From Gemmatimonadota bacterium (GTDB taxonomy: Bacteria; Gemmatimonadota; Gemmatimonadetes; Longimicrobiales; RSA9): a stretch of DNA of 61,017 bases. The DNA lies in assembly GCA_040902615.1 (NCBI GenBank), contig JBBDWZ010000286.1:228-61244 (forward strand). The letters are read 5' to 3'. Position numbers and translations under genes: made by a program. Under the pieces are notes generated by a model, which was not told the origin of the DNA, ran no database searches, and was given only the letters and a program-made list of their open reading frames with translations. Positions within the stretch are counted from its first letter, which is position 1, and each line of letters opens with the position of its first letter. This document shows, piece after piece, positions 56,927-61,017 of this stretch.

Positions 56927-59900
56927 TCAGCGGTTCTCCTCGGTCACTATATCAGCCAGCCACCAGAGGTTCTCCAGCTTTTTACGAACCGGCGCGATCT
57001 GATCGAGCGTCAGCGCATCGTACAGGCGGCCGTTCTTCATCACGTAGCGCACCGTGTTGGTACTGCGGATGTCGATGAGCGGGTTGGCATCGAGCACCTG
57101 CAGGTCGGCGAACTTGCCGCTTTCAATCGAGCCGAGCTGTGCGCCCAGGCCAATCGATTCCGCGCCAAAGATCGTCGCGGCACGCAGGATGTCGTGGTTC
57201 CGCATGCCCTTCGAGAGCAGCCACATCTCCCAGTGGAAAGCCAGGCCCTGCACACGACCGTTCGATCCGAGCGCAACCTTGCCGCCCTGGGCAAGAACTC
57301 GTGCTGCGCCCAGCGCGATCAAATCGAACGGGTACTCCACCTGATCCGCCCACTGGAAACGCCCGCGTGAGAGCCGATCGATGTCGCGGTGCTGCATGAA
57401 GCGCTGCACCTTCGGATCGGTGTGCGGCGACTGGGTCGCCAGCACGTGCTCCATCCCCTGTCGTGATCCCACCCGGCCGAGCAGCATCGGCGTGTAGGTG
57501 ATACCCGACTCGGCAATCAGCTTCGCAACGTCCTGGTGCAGCGGCATGATCTCGTACGAGCCCAGATGTCCGGCATAGCCATCGAGAATCGCACTCAGGC
57601 TTTTCCGGAAATCCGGCGATCCGTTGGTGACCGCGGTGAGGCCGAGCTCTTTGCTCACTGTGAGGAATCGCTGGCGATCGGCGCGCGTCGCGGTGAGATC
57701 TCCGCGCACGCTGCCGCTGCGATAGCTGTTTGCATACGCAGCCAGGAAGTTGCGTGCATCGGGATTCGTGCGCAGGATCGCCGCAGAGTCCAGCGCGGTC
57801 GGCCCGGTCGCGAATACGCGCGGCCCGAGCAGCTCGCCCATTGCAACGCGATCCGCGTAGGTGAAAATGTCGGTGGTCCGCGATTCGGGATCGCGCGTGG
57901 TGGTCACACCGAACGCGAGGTTGGCCAGGTATTGCGGAATGATCGTGCGATGCACCTGGCTGGGCGCCGCCATCTGCGCGTGCACATCGACGTAGCCGGG
58001 CAGAATGGTCTTCCCCTTCACATCGATCGTGCGTGCCCCACGTGGAATGTCGACCTGACCGCGCGCACCCACGGCAGTGATGCGATTGCCGGTGACGACG
58101 ATGTCGCCGTCTTCAATGATCTCGAGGCCCTTCATGGTCACGATGCGAGCGCCTCGCAGCACCGTGACGCCGGACGGCTTGTCGGCGGCCGCAGTGATGG
58201 TGATCAGGTGACGTATGGCATCGTAGACCGGTGTCCACGGTCCGGCGGGATCCGCTTGCGGCCGTCTGGTTGTATCGGCAGCTGGGCGGCCGGCGGGATC
58301 GGACGCGGGCGCGGACGCGGATCGGGTCAATGCAGCGGCCAGCGAATCCGCGACCATCTTGTCGCCGGTTGCAACATCGTAGACGAATAGGGTTGTACCG
58401 TGACTCCAGACTGCTTTGCTGCCATCGCGCGAGAAAGAAGGGAAGTCGCCGCCAGCGCGCGTGAGCCGGCGCACGGGAACGACTGGCGTCTGCGCGGTGA
58501 CGTCAACGGTTACCGAGTCCGCTACCTGCGGCCGCTCGAACAAAAAGATGTGACGGCGTGGCCCCGCGCGGCCCAGCACGTGCACGCCGTCGGGCGAGAG
58601 CAGAGTCTGCGGTGTTGCGCGAGCGAGCACGACCTTGCGATCGGAACCATCCCACGCAACCGACACGAGTGCAGCGCCATCGTGATAGAACACGCGCATC
58701 GTGTCGGACGTGAAATGCGGATAACCGCCGAGCGGCAGTGCACCGACATCGGCAACCATTGTGATCGGACGTTGAGTGCCGCCTTCTGCAGGCATCCAGC
58801 GCAGCTCGAAGTTGAGCTCGGTGCCCGCGCCGGCCGCGGTGCGTGGCTGCACGAGAGATTCGTTTGCGATTGCGGTGAATGCCTGACGCGGCGCGCGCGC
58901 AAACACGAGACGTGAACCATCGGGCGTGTAGTTGAGGCGCGCGTACATGGCTGGCGCGCGCGTGAGATTGCGCGGCGTGCCACCGGCAGCACTCACCTGC
59001 ATGATGTCGCCGCCAATGCCATCGACCCACGTGGCGTACGTGATCGATTGCCCATCAGGTGTCCAGGTCGGTGCGGTCTCGATCGGGTTGGTTGCGCGCG
59101 TGAGGCGCCGCGGCGTGCCACCGGGAATATCCATCAGCCAGACTTTGCCGAGCGCCGTGAAGGCGACGCGTTTGCCATCGGGTGAAAGCGCGGGTTCGCG
59201 AATTTCACGGGCAACCACGGTATCGCCGATCTGGTGAGAGCCGCGCACCAGCGCGCCCAGCGGCTGCTCGACATCTGCAGTGAACGGGATCTCGGTCTTC
59301 CGGCCCGAGGGAATTTCGATGCGCCACAAGTTGCCACCGAACGATGTGACGATCGCACTCTCATCGGGCAGCCAGGCGGACGAGGGCAGCGGTCCGATCC
59401 CCGGTGGTGGTGGTGGCGGTGGCGGTGTCGCGCCGGGCGCCAGCGGTCCCTGGAAGGGCGGCGGCGGGACGTACGCTTCCGGCTGCGTCTCCATCGCTAA
59501 CCACTTCTCGCTGCCGGTATCCAGATCACGCACGACCAGCGCGGACTTGGCCTCGAATCGAGTGAAGTACACCAGGCGCTTGCCGTCCCTGCTCACCATC
59601 GGCCGCAGTACGCCGCCGGGAAGATTCGTTCGGCTCGAGATCGTGCCTCGCTGGCGATCGTAGCGCGCGGCTTGCGTGCCGCTCTGAAACCAGATGTAGC
59701 GCCCGTCTGCGGTGAGGCTCGCACCGGTGCCGACGCCGGTGAGCGGAATGCCTGCTCCGCCGCGCAGGTCGACTAGCCGGTTGCCGGTCACGATCTGCCG
59801 TCCATCGGGCGTCCACACCGGATACACGCCGCCATTCGTGAGCAAACGCACGCGTCGGCCATCCGCATCGGCGAGCCAGGTGGCATCGGAGCCGTTGCGG

Positions 59901-60238
59901 TCGGAGATGAACACGAGCGATCTGCCGTCAGGCGAGAAGCGCGGCTGCAAGTCGACCGAGTTCCCGCCGATGATGCGCGTCGCTTTGCCGCCGGTCATGG
60001 GGACTGTGTAGATGTCGCCCAGGAGATCGAAGGCGATGGTGGACCCATCCGGCGAGACATCGACCGACATCCAGGTGCCCTGATCGGTCGTGAACCGCGC
60101 CGTGCGGCTGGTCACGAGCGGGAGCGTGTTGGTGGCGTCGCGTCGAGCGGCGGCGGCGGAGTCAGTCCGGTTCTGCGCGGCGGCTGGGACAGCTGCAATG
60201 AGCAGAGCGGACGCGAGCAGAAGGGGGAGAGTACGCAT
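56927..60238 (-). CDS. TolB-like beta-propeller / amidohydrolase-superfamily fusion protein (paralog B, His motifs substituted)
   Basis: Signal peptide MRTLPLLLASALLIAAVPAAAQ. Collinear with 46780-50031, but with VDVHAQMA, GYAGHLGSYE and ALGSNGRVQG at the positions of the His-containing motifs. It contains a run of 8 Pro codons (59402-59425). Confidence 0.9.
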   Translation of the reverse strand: MRTLPLLLASALLIAAVPAAAQNRTDSAAAARRDATNTLPLVTSRTARFTTDQGTWMSVDVSPDGSTIAFDLLGDIYTVPMTGGKATRIIGGNSVDLQPRFSPDGRSLVFISDRNGSDATWLADADGRRVRLLTNGGVYPVWTPDGRQIVTGNRLVDLRGGAGIPLTGVGTGASLTADGRYIWFQSGTQAARYDRQRGTISSRTNLPGGVLRPMVSRDGKRLVYFTRFEAKSALVVRDLDTGSEKWLAMETQPEAYVPPPPFQGPLAPGATPPPPPPPPGIGPLPSSAWLPDESAIVTSFGGNLWRIEIPSGRKTEIPFTADVEQPLGALVRGSHQIGDTVVAREIREPALSPDGKRVAFTALGKVWLMDIPGGTPRRLTRATNPIETAPTWTPDGQSITYATWVDGIGGDIMQVSAAGGTPRNLTRAPAMYARLNYTPDGSRLVFARAPRQAFTAIANESLVQPRTAAGAGTELNFELRWMPAEGGTQRPITMVADVGALPLGGYPHFTSDTMRVFYHDGAALVSVAWDGSDRKVVLARATPQTLLSPDGVHVLGRAGPRRHIFLFERPQVADSVTVDVTAQTPVVPVRRLTRAGGDFPSFSRDGSKAVWSHGTTLFVYDVATGDKMVADSLAAALTRSASAPASDPAGRPAADTTRRPQADPAGPWTPVYDAIRHLITITAAADKPSGVTVLRGARIVTMKGLEIIEDGDIVVTGNRITAVGARGQVDIPRGARTIDVKGKTILPGYVDVHAQMAAPSQVHRTIIPQYLANLAFGVTTTRDPESRTTDIFTYADRVAMGELLGPRVFATGPTALDSAAILRTNPDARNFLAAYANSYRSGSVRGDLTATRADRQRFLTVSKELGLTAVTNGSPDFRKSLSAILDGYAGHLGSYEIMPLHQDVAKLIAESGITYTPMLLGRVGSRQGMEHVLATQSPHTDPKVQRFMQHRDIDRLSRGRFQWADQVEYPFDLIALGAARVLAQGGKVALGSNGRVQGLAFHWEMWLLSKGMRNHDILRAATIFGAESIGLGAQLGSIESGKFADLQVLDANPLIDIRSTNTVRYVMKNGRLYDALTLDQIAPVRKKLENLWWLADIVTEENR
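56929..56948. repeat. Right copy of the 20-bp direct repeat (the genuine 3' end of the amidohydrolase gene)
   Basis: See 53910-53929. Confidence 0.9.
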
Positions 60239-60455
60239 GCGTCAGATGATGGGCGGGGCGAGGGCGCGGTGCAAACCGGGCTGCCTGCGGCCGTTCGTTG
60301 CCTGGGCGCCTTCGGTAGTTACAGCGGCGCGGCGGCGCTGGCAAATAGGGCGCTTTCTGCGCTGGGCCAGACGAGAATGGTCGATCGCGTGTCCTTATCA
60401 ATCGGCGGTCGTCTCCCTACATTTGTGGTCCCCACTTCCATCCGGAGCTGAAGCG

Positions 60456-61016
60456 ATGTCGGCCAAAGTCATGAGTCTCGTCGTGCTCACCATGTTTGGA
60501 ATGCAGGGCACATCGGCCCAGAACCAGCCGGTGGCGGCCGGGCGCGCCAACTGGGCACTGGCCGAAAAGTTCAACCAGCAGTCGGTCAACAACGCAATCT
60601 CCAGCACATCAGTGAACGGCGTCTTCATCCTGAAAACAGATTCGGCGTGGTATAACTGGCGAGATGAGAAGGGCTCACGCTTCATGTTGCTGGTGCCGGC
60701 CACGAAGACCAAGAAGCCGCTTTTCGACCAGGTAAAGCTGGCCGCCGATCTGTCCATGCTGCACCGCCGCAGCTTCGAGTCGAAGAACTTGCCCTTCACC
60801 ACGATCGACTTTGCCGACAGCACCAACGCGAGCGTGTTCCAGTTCCGGGTTGACAGCATGCTCTATGAGTTCGACCTGAAGACGGCAGCCCTGATCAGCA
60901 AGGGCCGCGCGCCGCGTGGCGGCGGCCCGGGCGGACGCGGCGGTCGTGGTGGTGGCGGTGGTGGCCGGGGTGGCGGCGGCCGCGCGGGCGGCCCGGCCGA
61001 CGTCCGCAATTTCTAG
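60456..61016 (+). CDS. Hypothetical secreted protein with a Gly/Arg-rich C-terminal tract; the stop is 1 nt from the window end
   Basis: GGAG lies 8 nt upstream of the ATG at 60456. Signal peptide MSAKVMSLVVLTMFGMQGTSAQ. It ends in RGGGPGGRGGRGGGGGGRGGGGRAGGPADVRNF-TAG. The N-terminal region is reminiscent of S9/DPP-IV-type peptidase N-termini, but I cannot confirm that. Confidence 0.5.
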   Translation: MSAKVMSLVVLTMFGMQGTSAQNQPVAAGRANWALAEKFNQQSVNNAISSTSVNGVFILKTDSAWYNWRDEKGSRFMLLVPATKTKKPLFDQVKLAADLSMLHRRSFESKNLPFTTIDFADSTNASVFQFRVDSMLYEFDLKTAALISKGRAPRGGGPGGRGGRGGGGGGRGGGGRAGGPADVRNF

Positions 61017-61017
61017 C

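Larger units (their letters stand above)
53930..56928. mobile_element. Putative ~3.0-kb insertion (no recombinase seen) bracketed by the 20-bp direct repeat
   Basis: The repeat copies are 3019 bp apart. The interior has visibly lower GC and carries three plus-strand ORFs. Without the insert, the permease and amidohydrolase stops would overlap. Confidence 0.6.

Noticed and set aside
59402-59425. Run of eight proline codons (ggtggtggtggtggcggtggcgg on the plus strand) considered as a slippage-prone contingency locus
   Set aside because: It is an imperfect trinucleotide run inside a long intact ORF. There is no evidence of a frameshift and the period is in frame, so it is noted only as a low-complexity insertion.

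Overview
High-GC (roughly two-thirds G+C by eye) bacterial chromosomal segment. The gene content suggests a soil Gemmatimonadota/Acidobacteriota-like organism, but that is inference only. I can support about 45 protein-coding genes. I recognised no rRNA, tRNA, CRISPR array, transposase or integrase.

The backbone is dominated by three expanded paralog families:
- Five full-length MacB/FtsX-type 'ADOP' permeases, two with PadR regulators, plus decayed remnants. No ABC ATPase gene is present in the window.
- Two ~1100-aa TolB-like-propeller/amidohydrolase fusion proteins plus one remnant.
- Many secreted or lipoprotein hydrolases: an amidase, two alpha/beta hydrolases, a BNR/sortilin-like protein, an FG-GAP protein and a DUF5916-like protein.

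Other units are an ECF sigma operon, an ArsR/SdpI-like pair, an enolase-superfamily enzyme, and a long minus-strand operon encoding a sodium:solute symporter and a giant multidomain cupredoxin-ended protein.

The most interesting element is a compact, lower-GC three-gene cassette at 23378-27180. It encodes a ribbon-helix-helix protein, a classical AAA+ ATPase and a cytoplasmic 864-aa S8 subtilase with an intact catalytic triad. This resembles the IetAS ATPase+protease defence architecture with an extra RHH gene. The cassette sits exactly between decayed remnants of a permease 3' end and an amidohydrolase 3' end.

A second insertion of about 3.0 kb (53930-56928) occupies the equivalent junction of an intact permease/amidohydrolase pair. 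It is also lower in GC and is bracketed by a 20-bp direct repeat that duplicates the last codons of the amidohydrolase. It carries three uncharacterised secreted or lipoprotein genes.

All family assignments come from motif recognition by eye. No database search was run.
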